From: Bacteroidales bacterium
GTDB taxonomy: Bacteria; Bacteroidota; Bacteroidia; Bacteroidales; UBA3663
NCBI GenBank assembly: GCA_045639585.1
Contig: JAZUDJ010000088.1
Location: 562 to 64,561, forward strand
Length of the DNA: 64,000 bases
Direction of reading: 5' to 3'
In this document: positions 52,969-61,309 of the stretch, one piece after another
How positions within the stretch are numbered: position 1 is the first letter of the stretch
Layout of the letters: every line of letters begins with the position of its first letter
The notes under the pieces: model-generated
Database searches by the model: none
The model's input: the letters and a program-made list of their open reading frames with translations, nothing else
Told to the model about the DNA's origin: nothing
Made by a program: the position numbers and the translations under genes

Positions 52969-54315
52969 TTACTGACGAATCCACTTAAGAATATCTTTCC
53001 AGCTGAACTTCTTGCCATACATCAGGATACCCGTGCGATAGATACGAGCAGCAAGCCAAAGGATAAGAAAGGCTGTAACATAGAGAATGAGCAGCGAGAG
53101 GGCAATCTCATATACGGGGACGTCGAACGGGAGACGGACCATCATGGTGATGGGCGAAGTGAAAGGAACCATGCTGCACCACCAGGCCAGAGGGCCATCA
53201 GGATTCTGCATGCTGAACATACCCGCATACAGAGCAAAGACCATAAAGAACATGATCGGTGCCATGAACTGTGATGTATCCTGCTGCTGATCGACAGCCG
53301 AACCGAAGGCGGCAAAGAGACTAGCATAAAGCAGATAACCTCCGACGAAATAGAGCAAGAAACAAGTGAGAATAAGTGGATAGTTGACACTCATGATCAT
53401 CTGGAAAATCTCTCCAGCCTGACTAGGAGCCATTGCAGCAGCCTCCACAAGAGCAGCATCGGCAGAGAGTGAAGAAGGATCAGGGACACTACCTAAACCG
53501 AATGTCACAGTGGCAATAATACCGGAAACGCCCAATAGTACTCCCCACACTGCAAATTGTGTGAGTCCGACGAGTGCCACGCCGATGATTTTGCCGAGCA
53601 TCAGTTCGATCGGTTTGCAAGAAGAGATGATGACCTCGACGATACGGTTGGTCTTCTCCTCCACTACTCCACTCATGATCATGGCACCATAAGTCAGCAC
53701 GAACATATAGGTCAGGAAGGCAAGACAGAGGCCGACAATCTCAGACACCATGGCCGACGAGACGGTCTCCTTGCCATCCTCTCCCCATTTGATGGTGCGG
53801 ACGTCGAGGTTAACGTCACAGTCCTGCAGGATCTCTTCAAGGCCCTCGATGTCATGTGCTGCGATCTTAAGACTGCGCATAGGACGATACAGGATGCTTC
53901 GGATATCCGATTCGAGACTTCCGCTCAGGGACTGTTCACTAAGAATAGACAACTGCTGAGTAGATACAATATCCTGCGGAATAATCACGATAGCATAAAG
54001 CGCATCATTCTGCTTATAAAAGTCATAATAGGAATCATCGGACGCAGACTGTAAGTCAGATGAAGTGCAAGTAACGAATTGATACTCATCAGTAGCCGAA
54101 AACAATGGCAGGAATTGCTCGCCGTCTGTCTGATCGACCACTGCCACGACCTTTTTTTCGTCGCTCTTGACATTTGACAACATGATTGGCAGCACGCCAC
54201 AGAGCAGGATGCTGAGGATAGGTACAAGAATGGTGGTGACGATAAAGGACTTCTTGGCCACCATCTGCAGGTACTCACGCTGAATGATCAGACCTAACTT
54301 ATTCATAGACTTCAT
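52969..54315 (-). CDS. ABC-2 family transporter permease (NatB-like)
   Basis: 448 aa: an N-terminal TM helix, a large extracytoplasmic loop, then 5-6 C-terminal helices. Overlaps its ATPase partner. Confidence 0.75.
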   Translation of the reverse strand: MKSMNKLGLIIQREYLQMVAKKSFIVTTILVPILSILLCGVLPIMLSNVKSDEKKVVAVVDQTDGEQFLPLFSATDEYQFVTCTSSDLQSASDDSYYDFYKQNDALYAIVIIPQDIVSTQQLSILSEQSLSGSLESDIRSILYRPMRSLKIAAHDIEGLEEILQDCDVNLDVRTIKWGEDGKETVSSAMVSEIVGLCLAFLTYMFVLTYGAMIMSGVVEEKTNRIVEVIISSCKPIELMLGKIIGVALVGLTQFAVWGVLLGVSGIIATVTFGLGSVPDPSSLSADAALVEAAAMAPSQAGEIFQMIMSVNYPLILTCFLLYFVGGYLLYASLFAAFGSAVDQQQDTSQFMAPIMFFMVFALYAGMFSMQNPDGPLAWWCSMVPFTSPITMMVRLPFDVPVYEIALSLLILYVTAFLILWLAARIYRTGILMYGKKFSWKDILKWIRQ

Positions 54316-55153
54316 TCGAATTTACGGTCTCTACGAAGATCTCGTGCATGGATGGCAAGATCTCGCGGAAACCGGTGAGTGAGTACTTGTCGTTGAGTGA
54401 TGCGATGGCATCGTGCATAGTCTGACCATGGTCGAGGCGGTAGTCGAAGCGCTGTCCGTCAGCTGTAGTGACTTCGAGGATATTCTTCTTAAAACGCTGG
54501 CGCACCTCCTCAACTTTGCCTTGCAGCACGGCCTTACTATGGTTGATGAGGGTGATCTCCTGGCACACCTCCTCGACCGACGACATGTTGTGTGTAGAGA
54601 AGAGAATGGCTGCACCTTCGTCACGAAGGCGCAGGATCTCACGCTTCAGCTGGTCGGCATTGACGGGATCGAAGCCGGAGAAAGGTTCATCGAAGATCAG
54701 AAGCGGTGGTCGATGGATGACGGTGGTGATGAACTGCACCTTCTGCGCCATGCCCTTGCTGAGCTGCTCGACCTTCTTCTTGCGCCACTCTGTGAGGTCG
54801 AAGCGCTCGAGCCATTCGGTCATGGCATGCAATGCATCCGAGCGCGACATGCCACGAAGGCGGGCGAGATAGACGATTTCGTCCTCGACGGTCATCTTCT
54901 TATACAAGCCACGCTCCTCAGGGAGGTAGCCGATGTGGTGCACGTCCTCATCGGTCATCGGACGACCATGAAGCAGAACTTCGCCACTATCGGCATGCGT
55001 AATACGATTGATGATACGTATTAAAGAAGTCTTGCCGGCTCCGTTAGGACCCAGCAAGCCATAGATTGAACCGTCAGGAACATTGAGACTCACGTGGCTC
55101 AGAGCCACGTGGTCTCCGTATTGTTTGCTGACGTCTTTTACTTCGATGAACAT
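54299..55153 (-). CDS. ABC transporter ATP-binding protein (NatA-like)
   Basis: GLLGPNGAGKTSL, LSKGMAQKV and LLIFDEPFSGFD. Confidence 0.9.
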   Translation of the reverse strand: MFIEVKDVSKQYGDHVALSHVSLNVPDGSIYGLLGPNGAGKTSLIRIINRITHADSGEVLLHGRPMTDEDVHHIGYLPEERGLYKKMTVEDEIVYLARLRGMSRSDALHAMTEWLERFDLTEWRKKKVEQLSKGMAQKVQFITTVIHRPPLLIFDEPFSGFDPVNADQLKREILRLRDEGAAILFSTHNMSSVEEVCQEITLINHSKAVLQGKVEEVRQRFKKNILEVTTADGQRFDYRLDHGQTMHDAIASLNDKYSLTGFREILPSMHEIFVETVNSNEVYE

Positions 55154-55157
55154 AATT

Positions 55158-56585
55158 TTATGCTTTCCTCTTCAGCTGCTCGATAGAAGCCGCGATCTTC
55201 TCCAACTGCTGTGGGATGCGGATGTTCTGAGGGCAGTGAGGTGAACACTGGTTACAGTTGATACAGTGATCGGCCTGACGGAGCGTAGGGATGGCGCGAT
55301 TGTAGCTGATGAGATAGTTACGACGGAGCTCACTGTAGTTAGCATCCTCCTCGCCACCAGGGAGCACACCTTCATTGACACATTTATTATAATGTACGAA
55401 GATACCCGGGATGTCGAGGCCGTAAGGACATGGCATGCAGTACTTACAGTCGTTACATGGGATGAGCGGATATTTGATCAGCTGCTTGGCTGCACCCTCG
55501 AGGTAATCGAGCTCCTCCTGTGTCAGTGGCACGAGAGGAGAGAAGCTGCGGAGGTTGTCCTGCAGGTGCTCCATGTAGGTCATACCCGACAGGGCGCTGA
55601 GTACGCGTGGATAGGTACCGCAGAAACGGAAGGCCCATGAAGCAGCACTCATCTCTGGCAGACGCGCCTTGAGGTGAGCGATGACGTGGTTTGGCAGGTT
55701 GCTGAGTCGGCCGCCGAGCAATGGTTCCATGATGACAACAGGGATCTCGCGCTTGTCGAGTTCATCGTAGAGCCATTCGGCATTGATGCTTCGGCCCTCC
55801 TGCTTATCACCGTTGTTCCAGTCAAGGTAGTTCATCTGGATCTGCACGAAGTCCCAGTGATACTTACCCTCATCGTGCCACTTAAGCATGGTCTCAAAGA
55901 CTTCAGCCTCGCCATGGAAAGAGAAGCCGAGGTTGCGGATGACGCCTTTCTGCTTCTGCTCGACGAGCCAGTCGAGGATGCCATTGTCCATGTAGCGACG
56001 GTTGAAGTTGGCCATACCGCCACCGCCGATGCTGTGCAGAAGGAGGTAGTCGATATAGTCGGTCTGCAGGTACTTGAGCGAATTGCGCAACATCTCCTGC
56101 GAAGCCTCACGGGTCTGCTGCTGGACAGCGAAGTTTGAGAGCTTGGTTGCAATATAATATGACTCACGTGGACGGCCGGTAGCCTTCAAGGCGATACCGA
56201 CAGAACGCTCAGAGAAGCCCTTGAGGTAAGCAGGGCTCGTATCGTAATAGTTAACACCATGATCCATGGCGTATTTGATCAGTTCGTTGATCTTCTCCTG
56301 GTCGAGGTCATTGCCATCAGGGCCTTTCTGGCCATCGGTACGCTGAGGAAAGCGCATACAGCCATAGCCGAGGATACTTACCTTATCACCATTGGCAGGA
56401 TTGACACGGTAGGTCATCTCACCCAACTGGTCTTCGCTGAATGGTCCACCCTTAGGATTGAAGTCGCCCTCCTCTGATGGTTTAGGGGCAGAGATGCACG
56501 ATGGCAAAGTGGCAGCGGCAGCAACGGCAGCCGAACCCATGCCAAGGCGCTGTAGGAACTCGCGACGATTGATTATCTTTTTCAT
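55158..56585 (-). CDS. Tat-signal aldo/keto reductase with a C-terminal 4Fe-4S domain
   Basis: MKKIINRREFLQRLGMGSAAVAAAA twin-arginine signal, an AKR core (GVNYYDTSPAYLKG), and C-terminal CNDCKYCMPCP and CINCNQCSPHCP. Confidence 0.8.
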   Translation of the reverse strand: MKKIINRREFLQRLGMGSAAVAAAATLPSCISAPKPSEEGDFNPKGGPFSEDQLGEMTYRVNPANGDKVSILGYGCMRFPQRTDGQKGPDGNDLDQEKINELIKYAMDHGVNYYDTSPAYLKGFSERSVGIALKATGRPRESYYIATKLSNFAVQQQTREASQEMLRNSLKYLQTDYIDYLLLHSIGGGGMANFNRRYMDNGILDWLVEQKQKGVIRNLGFSFHGEAEVFETMLKWHDEGKYHWDFVQIQMNYLDWNNGDKQEGRSINAEWLYDELDKREIPVVIMEPLLGGRLSNLPNHVIAHLKARLPEMSAASWAFRFCGTYPRVLSALSGMTYMEHLQDNLRSFSPLVPLTQEELDYLEGAAKQLIKYPLIPCNDCKYCMPCPYGLDIPGIFVHYNKCVNEGVLPGGEEDANYSELRRNYLISYNRAIPTLRQADHCINCNQCSPHCPQNIRIPQQLEKIAASIEQLKRKA

Positions 56586-56639
56586 TGTTTTTCTAAGAGA
56601 ATTTAAGAGATCACAAAGGACTCTAAAAGACACTAAGGG

Positions 56640-58181
56640 TTAAATCTCACGCTGGGTATCGACACCCTCTACATAGATAGCAGAGAATGGACGCGATGGA
56701 CAGAGATTCTCACAGGCACCACAACCGATGCACTTCTCCTCGTCGACCACAGGAATCTTGGCAGACTTAGGATCCTCAGCATCGACTGGAACCATCTGGA
56801 TGGCGTTCTGAGGACAGCGACGAGCACAGAGACCACAGTTGACGCCATCATTGAGAACGACACAATTGTCCTTGATCCAGTGAGCGGTACCAATCTTGGT
56901 GCTGGCCTTGACAGCCTGACGCTCCTCGGCATCGCCCTTGAACTTGATGATCGCACCAGCTGGACAGACATCCGAGCAGCGGGTACACTCTGGACGACAA
57001 TAGCCATGCTCATAGCTGACCTCTGGCACCATCATGTGCAACAAGTCGCTGCTAGGACGAAGCACACCATTAGGACACTCGCTGACACAGAGCTGGCAAC
57101 CCGTACAATGCTGCTGGAGATGCTTGAGGCTGATAGCGCCTGGAGGGCAGATGGTGTTCTTGCGCTCTGGAACCTGCTTGTCGAGGATGGTAGCAAAGCC
57201 GCCATCGGTAGTCTTCTCCTGCGCCTTGATAGCGGTAGCGCCAAGGACAGCTGCGGTGGCGGTCAGGAAGGCGCGGCGAGAAGGCTCCTTGCTCTCTGAG
57301 TTAGGAGTCTGGAGTGGGGAGTTAGGAGTATTTGTCTTCTTGGCGATTGAGTAAGTCAATGCACCATGATTACAGGTATCGAGACAGTCGAAGCAATCGA
57401 CACAGCGTGAACCATCGACGGTGTGATTCTTGAAGTCGATAGCTGCACCCTTACACTTACGAGCGCAGAGACCACAGTTCTTACACTTATCAGCATCGAT
57501 CTGCACACGGAAGAGGCTGCGACGTGAGAGAAAACCGAGCAAGGTACCTACTGGACAGATGTTATTGCAATAAGCACGACCTCCTACCCAAGCCATGATA
57601 GCCACGATAAGGAAGGTGCAGCCAGCCAGGATGGTGAGAGGCAGTGAGCGTTGCCATATGTCGATCGTATAATACTGGAACGATCCAACCGATTCAGCCT
57701 TAGCAGCCAGGACGTTATTGCCCATCTCATAGAGTGGCTTGAGCAGCATGGTGACCATACGACCGAATGAGCTGTAAGGAGCAAGCAGCTGTACGAAGAA
57801 GCCGAAGCCTGCGAGCAATGAGACGACAAAGAGGGCAAAGACAACGATACGTGCCAGCTGATGCCACTTGGTGTCATCGTAAGAGAAGCGTCCGAACTTG
57901 CGCTTGTTCTTGTTGAGATTCAACTTGCCAGCAATCCACGAGATGGCATCCTGCAAGATACCCAATGGACAGATGACGGAGCAATAGATGCGGCCGAAGA
58001 GCCAGGTGATGACCAATAAGGCCACGACCACCACCCAGTTGAGCGCCAGGATCGATGGCAAGAGCTGTAACTTAGCCATCCAGCCTAACATGGACTGTGC
58101 TGTACCCGTGAAGTCAAGGAACAGCCAGGTGAGACCCAACAAAAAGATGAGGGCCACGATGCGGCGTGTCAGTTTTAACAT
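56640..58181 (-). CDS. membrane polyferredoxin (NapH-like N-terminal half plus multi-4Fe-4S C-terminal half)
   Basis: GRIYCSVICPLG, GRAYCNNICPVG, CKNCGLCARKC, CTGCQLCVSECP, CGLCARRCP and CIGCGACENLCP. An internal SRRAFLTATAAVLGATA motif follows a heptamer-encoded linker. Confidence 0.8.
   Translation of the reverse strand: MLKLTRRIVALIFLLGLTWLFLDFTGTAQSMLGWMAKLQLLPSILALNWVVVVALLVITWLFGRIYCSVICPLGILQDAISWIAGKLNLNKNKRKFGRFSYDDTKWHQLARIVVFALFVVSLLAGFGFFVQLLAPYSSFGRMVTMLLKPLYEMGNNVLAAKAESVGSFQYYTIDIWQRSLPLTILAGCTFLIVAIMAWVGGRAYCNNICPVGTLLGFLSRRSLFRVQIDADKCKNCGLCARKCKGAAIDFKNHTVDGSRCVDCFDCLDTCNHGALTYSIAKKTNTPNSPLQTPNSESKEPSRRAFLTATAAVLGATAIKAQEKTTDGGFATILDKQVPERKNTICPPGAISLKHLQQHCTGCQLCVSECPNGVLRPSSDLLHMMVPEVSYEHGYCRPECTRCSDVCPAGAIIKFKGDAEERQAVKASTKIGTAHWIKDNCVVLNDGVNCGLCARRCPQNAIQMVPVDAEDPKSAKIPVVDEEKCIGCGACENLCPSRPFSAIYVEGVDTQREI
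57297..57331 (+). repeat. heptamer tandem array, 5 units, inside the polyferredoxin ORF (antisense orientation)
   Basis: TGAGTTA GGAGTCT GGAGTGG GGAGTTA GGAGTAT. Read on the gene strand as NTPNSPLQTPNSE. Confidence 0.85.
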
Positions 58182-58216
58182 AGATTAGGGGTATTAAAAT
58201 GAATTGATTATTCTGT

Positions 58217-59368
58217 TTATGAGAAGAGGTTCTTGACCTGCTCCTTGAAGCGGGCAAAGGCCGATGCAGGAGCCTCGAAGGCCTTGGTCTCTCGCATCTG
58301 CTCGACGAGACTGCGCTGAGAATCAGTGAGACGCTCTGGTACATAGACTCCGATGTTGACCACCAGATCGCCACGGTGCGAAGAGACGCGGCCATAATGA
58401 TCGACCACTGGCAGACCCTCGCCATGGATACGCATCTGGGTATCTGGCTGTGTACCTGGCTTGATAGTGATGGTCTTCTTACCCTGCACGAGCGGAATCT
58501 CCACTTCGCCACCGAGAGCGGCGGTCGGGAAGTCGATGAGCAGGTTGTAGATGAGGGTATCCTCCTGACGGATGAAGTCTGGATGTGGCTCCTCCTCGAT
58601 CACGACGTAGAGATCGCCGGCAGGACCACCCATCTTGCCAGCATGACCATAACCGCTCATATTGAGCTGCATGCCGTCGGCCACACCTGCAGGGATCTTG
58701 ATATCTACGACCTGTTCGCCGAGGATGACACCCTCGCCGTGGCAATGTGTACACTTGTTCTTGATCTTCTTGCCAGTACCGTGGCAATCCGGACAGACGG
58801 TCTCGGTCTGCATGCGGCCGAAGAGGCTGTTGACCACCTGTACTACGCGGCCACGACCCTTACACTTCGGACAGGTATCGAAGTCCTTACCATCCTTGGC
58901 ACCCGTGCCATGACAATGCTGGCACTCGACATATTTCTTAATTTTGATATGCTTCTCAACACCATAGACGACGTCGGCCAAGCTGACCTTGACACGGACA
59001 CGGATATTCGATCCGCGTTGACCAGCAGGTTCGTCATCGCCACTGAAGAAAGAGCTAAAGCCGCCTCCGCTGCTACCACCTCCGAAGAAGCTGTTGAAGA
59101 TATCGAATGGATTGAAACCTGCTCCTCCGCCGAAGCCACCCATGCCAGGATCGTTGAAACCGAACTGGTCATAACGCTGGCGTTTCTGTGGGTCGCTGAG
59201 TACCTCATAGGCCTCAGCACATTGCTTGAATTTCTCCTCGGCGGTCTTGTCGCCAGGATTCTTATCTGGATGATATTTGATGGCGAGCTTACGATAGGCT
59301 CGCTTGATTTCGTCGTCTGAAGCGTCTTTCTTGACGCCTAATACCTCGTAGTAATCTTGCTTTTCCAT
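58217..59368 (-). CDS. dnaJ: molecular chaperone DnaJ
   Basis: J-domain [10 protein letters not shown], a G/F-rich linker, and four CxxCxGxG repeats ([32 protein letters not shown]). Confidence 0.95.
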   Translation of the reverse strand: MEKQDYYEVLGVKKDASDDEIKRAYRKLAIKYHPDKNPGDKTAEEKFKQCAEAYEVLSDPQKRQRYDQFGFNDPGMGGFGGGAGFNPFDIFNSFFGGGSSGGGFSSFFSGDDEPAGQRGSNIRVRVKVSLADVVYGVEKHIKIKKYVECQHCHGTGAKDGKDFDTCPKCKGRGRVVQVVNSLFGRMQTETVCPDCHGTGKKIKNKCTHCHGEGVILGEQVVDIKIPAGVADGMQLNMSGYGHAGKMGGPAGDLYVVIEEEPHPDFIRQEDTLIYNLLIDFPTAALGGEVEIPLVQGKKTITIKPGTQPDTQMRIHGEGLPVVDHYGRVSSHRGDLVVNIGVYVPERLTDSQRSLVEQMRETKAFEAPASAFARFKEQVKNLFS

Positions 59369-59390
59369 TGTTTACGTTAAAAATCGGGCG

Positions 59391-59422
59391 CAAAGATACT
59401 CAATTGTAGGCATAAAAGCAAA
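59391..59422 (-). promoter_or_regulatory. Bacteroidetes-type promoter for dnaJ
   Basis: On the minus strand: TTTG (59422-59419), 20-nt spacer, TATCTTTG (59398-59391). It lies 22 nt upstream of the ATG. Confidence 0.6.
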
Positions 59423-59488
59423 TAAATGGCCGAAAAGTTGGCTATATTTTATAAGGTTCGCGTAGAAAACTCCGATTTTCGCCTATTT

Positions 59489-60100
59489 TTATACATAAAA
59501 CTGAGTACAGAGAGCTTCGAAACGCTCAATACTATCTGCTCCGAATTTCTGCATGGATCGACGGACACGATCAATATCTTTTTCCTTCGACGGATTGCCT
59601 GATTTGCTATAAAACTTGTCGGCCAGACAAACCAGTTGTTCCTCCGGAGTCTCAGGCAAAAGGTCTCGGACAGGAGAGATTGGCAACCGTTGATCGAGGA
59701 TGTTTTGAGCGGTCAGACCAGCTCCTGTATGACGTTCACAGATACGAGCGCAAGCTTCGAAGTCAACTCCCGAAGAATCTTTCCCTTCAAGCTCTAATTC
59801 AGCACGATACTCTCGTAGCATCTGCGCACCGATGGTACCGTGACAGATGTAAGGTTCAGTTCCTTCACAAAGGATACCACGAGCATCGCAGCGACAGATA
59901 CCGATGTCATGCAGCATGGCTCCATCAACAACGAGTTGATGGTCGACACGGAGCGGAGTCACACCTTTAGGAAGGGACTCCTCATAATGATGCAGAATAG
60001 CCATGACCTTGTCGGCTACACACTTACTGTGAAGAAACAATAACTGTCGCAAAGGAGTGTCCTCTGGATAGAAATGATAGATGATATCGAGTGCAGTCAT
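59489..60100 (-). CDS. HD-domain phosphohydrolase
   Basis: AMLHDIGICR (HD motif) and CERHTGAG. ATG at 60100 (MTALDIIYHFYPED) preferred over 60166. Confidence 0.7.
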   Translation of the reverse strand: MTALDIIYHFYPEDTPLRQLLFLHSKCVADKVMAILHHYEESLPKGVTPLRVDHQLVVDGAMLHDIGICRCDARGILCEGTEPYICHGTIGAQMLREYRAELELEGKDSSGVDFEACARICERHTGAGLTAQNILDQRLPISPVRDLLPETPEEQLVCLADKFYSKSGNPSKEKDIDRVRRSMQKFGADSIERFEALCTQFYV

Positions 60101-60126
60101 TTTTTCAAAGAAAAAAGAGTCCGAAA

Positions 60127-60158
60127 TTTGGACTTTTAGAGAATTATAATTATATTTG
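60127..60158 (+). promoter_or_regulatory. Bacteroidetes-type promoter for the DUF1343 gene
   Basis: TTTG (60127-60130), 20-nt spacer, TATATTTG (60151-60158). It lies 38 nt upstream of ATG 60197. Confidence 0.6.
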
Positions 60159-60163
60159 CCGCG

Positions 60164-60171
60164 CAAAATTA
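60164..60171 (-). promoter_or_regulatory. candidate -7 box for the HD gene
   Basis: The minus strand reads TAATTTTG (TAnnTTTG), 64 nt upstream of ATG 60100. No -33 seen. Confidence 0.3.
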
Positions 60172-60196
60172 AATATTTTTTCTTGCAACTCCAACA

Positions 60197-61306
60197 ATGA
60201 AGCGCATTTTCTTGCTATTATTGGTCTTAATCGCCACTTTTTCCTCCTCAAAATACAATCTTTGCGTAGCCAAAGTCCTTACAGGCGCCGAAAGTATGTC
60301 GGCTTACCTACCATTGCTCGAAGGCAAGCGAGTGGGTCTCGTCGTCAACCAGACGGCCGTGGTCACCCGGCCTTCTGACGGCGCGTTGATTCCCTTACCA
60401 GATACACTGATGGCTCGTGGCGTCAATGTGCGATGCATCATGGCTCCAGAACACGGTTACAAAGGGACGGCCGAAGCCGGTGCACACATCACCAATGGCA
60501 AGGACGAAACTACAGGTCTGAACATCTACAGTCTTTACGGCAACAACAAGAAGCCAAAACCGGAATGGTTGAAAGAGGTGGACGTCTTGGTGTTTGACAT
60601 TCAGGATGTCGGCTGCCGCTTCTATACCTACCTATCGACGCTTTATTATGTCATGCAGGCCTGCAGTGAGCAGCACGTCGACCTGATCATCCTGGATCGT
60701 CCGAACCCGAAGGACGAGGTCGATGGACCGACGCTCGACATAAAATTCTCTTCCTTTGTCGGTATCATCCCTATCCCATTGCTACATGGCTGCACACTCG
60801 GCGAACTGGCTCGCATCATGGTAGAACAAGACTGGTTGAAGGAACAGCAGCAGCCAGGTCAAGCCGCGCCATCGCTCAACTATACAGTCATTCCTTGCAC
60901 TGGCTGGAAGCATGGACAACCATACTCTTTGCCGATAGGTCCGTCGAAGAATCTGCAGAACGACCATGCCATCGCGCTTTACCCAAGCCTCTGTCTGTTT
61001 GAGGGAAGCGAGGTCAGCGTGGGTCGTGGCACCGATCATCCATTTGAGATGTTCGGCAAACATGACCTGCGTCAGACCGAGGCGCCTAAGGGGTTCAGCC
61101 TGCGCTTCTACCTGCAGCACCAGAAAGAAAAAGGATGGGGATGGATCACCCGTCGGCAATTCTTCAATCAATTAGCAGGATCGGACAAACTTTATAACCA
61201 ACTCAAAGCCGGCATGACCGAAGAACAGATCCGCGCCACCTGGCAGGACGACCTGAAACGGTTCCGTGCCATTCGAGCCAAATACGCCATCTATCCCATA
61301 GAATAA
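60197..61306 (+). CDS. DUF1343-family protein (NamZ-like exo-beta-N-acetylmuramidase)
   Basis: Signal peptide, then VGLVVNQTAVV and LVFDIQDVGCRFYTYLST. Confidence 0.8.
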   Translation: MKRIFLLLLVLIATFSSSKYNLCVAKVLTGAESMSAYLPLLEGKRVGLVVNQTAVVTRPSDGALIPLPDTLMARGVNVRCIMAPEHGYKGTAEAGAHITNGKDETTGLNIYSLYGNNKKPKPEWLKEVDVLVFDIQDVGCRFYTYLSTLYYVMQACSEQHVDLIILDRPNPKDEVDGPTLDIKFSSFVGIIPIPLLHGCTLGELARIMVEQDWLKEQQQPGQAAPSLNYTVIPCTGWKHGQPYSLPIGPSKNLQNDHAIALYPSLCLFEGSEVSVGRGTDHPFEMFGKHDLRQTEAPKGFSLRFYLQHQKEKGWGWITRRQFFNQLAGSDKLYNQLKAGMTEEQIRATWQDDLKRFRAIRAKYAIYPIE

Positions 61307-61309
61307 GTC

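Noticed and set aside
58376-59320. 314-aa ORF antisense to dnaJ. Similar long shadow ORFs occur at 21052-21765 (antisense to fic), 22193-22975 (antisense to the VirE-like gene), 50511-51098 (antisense to wzc) and 54413-55024 (antisense to the ABC ATPase).
   Set aside because: Each is fully nested in a confidently identified gene on the opposite strand and has no recognisable motifs, so I treat them as shadow ORFs.
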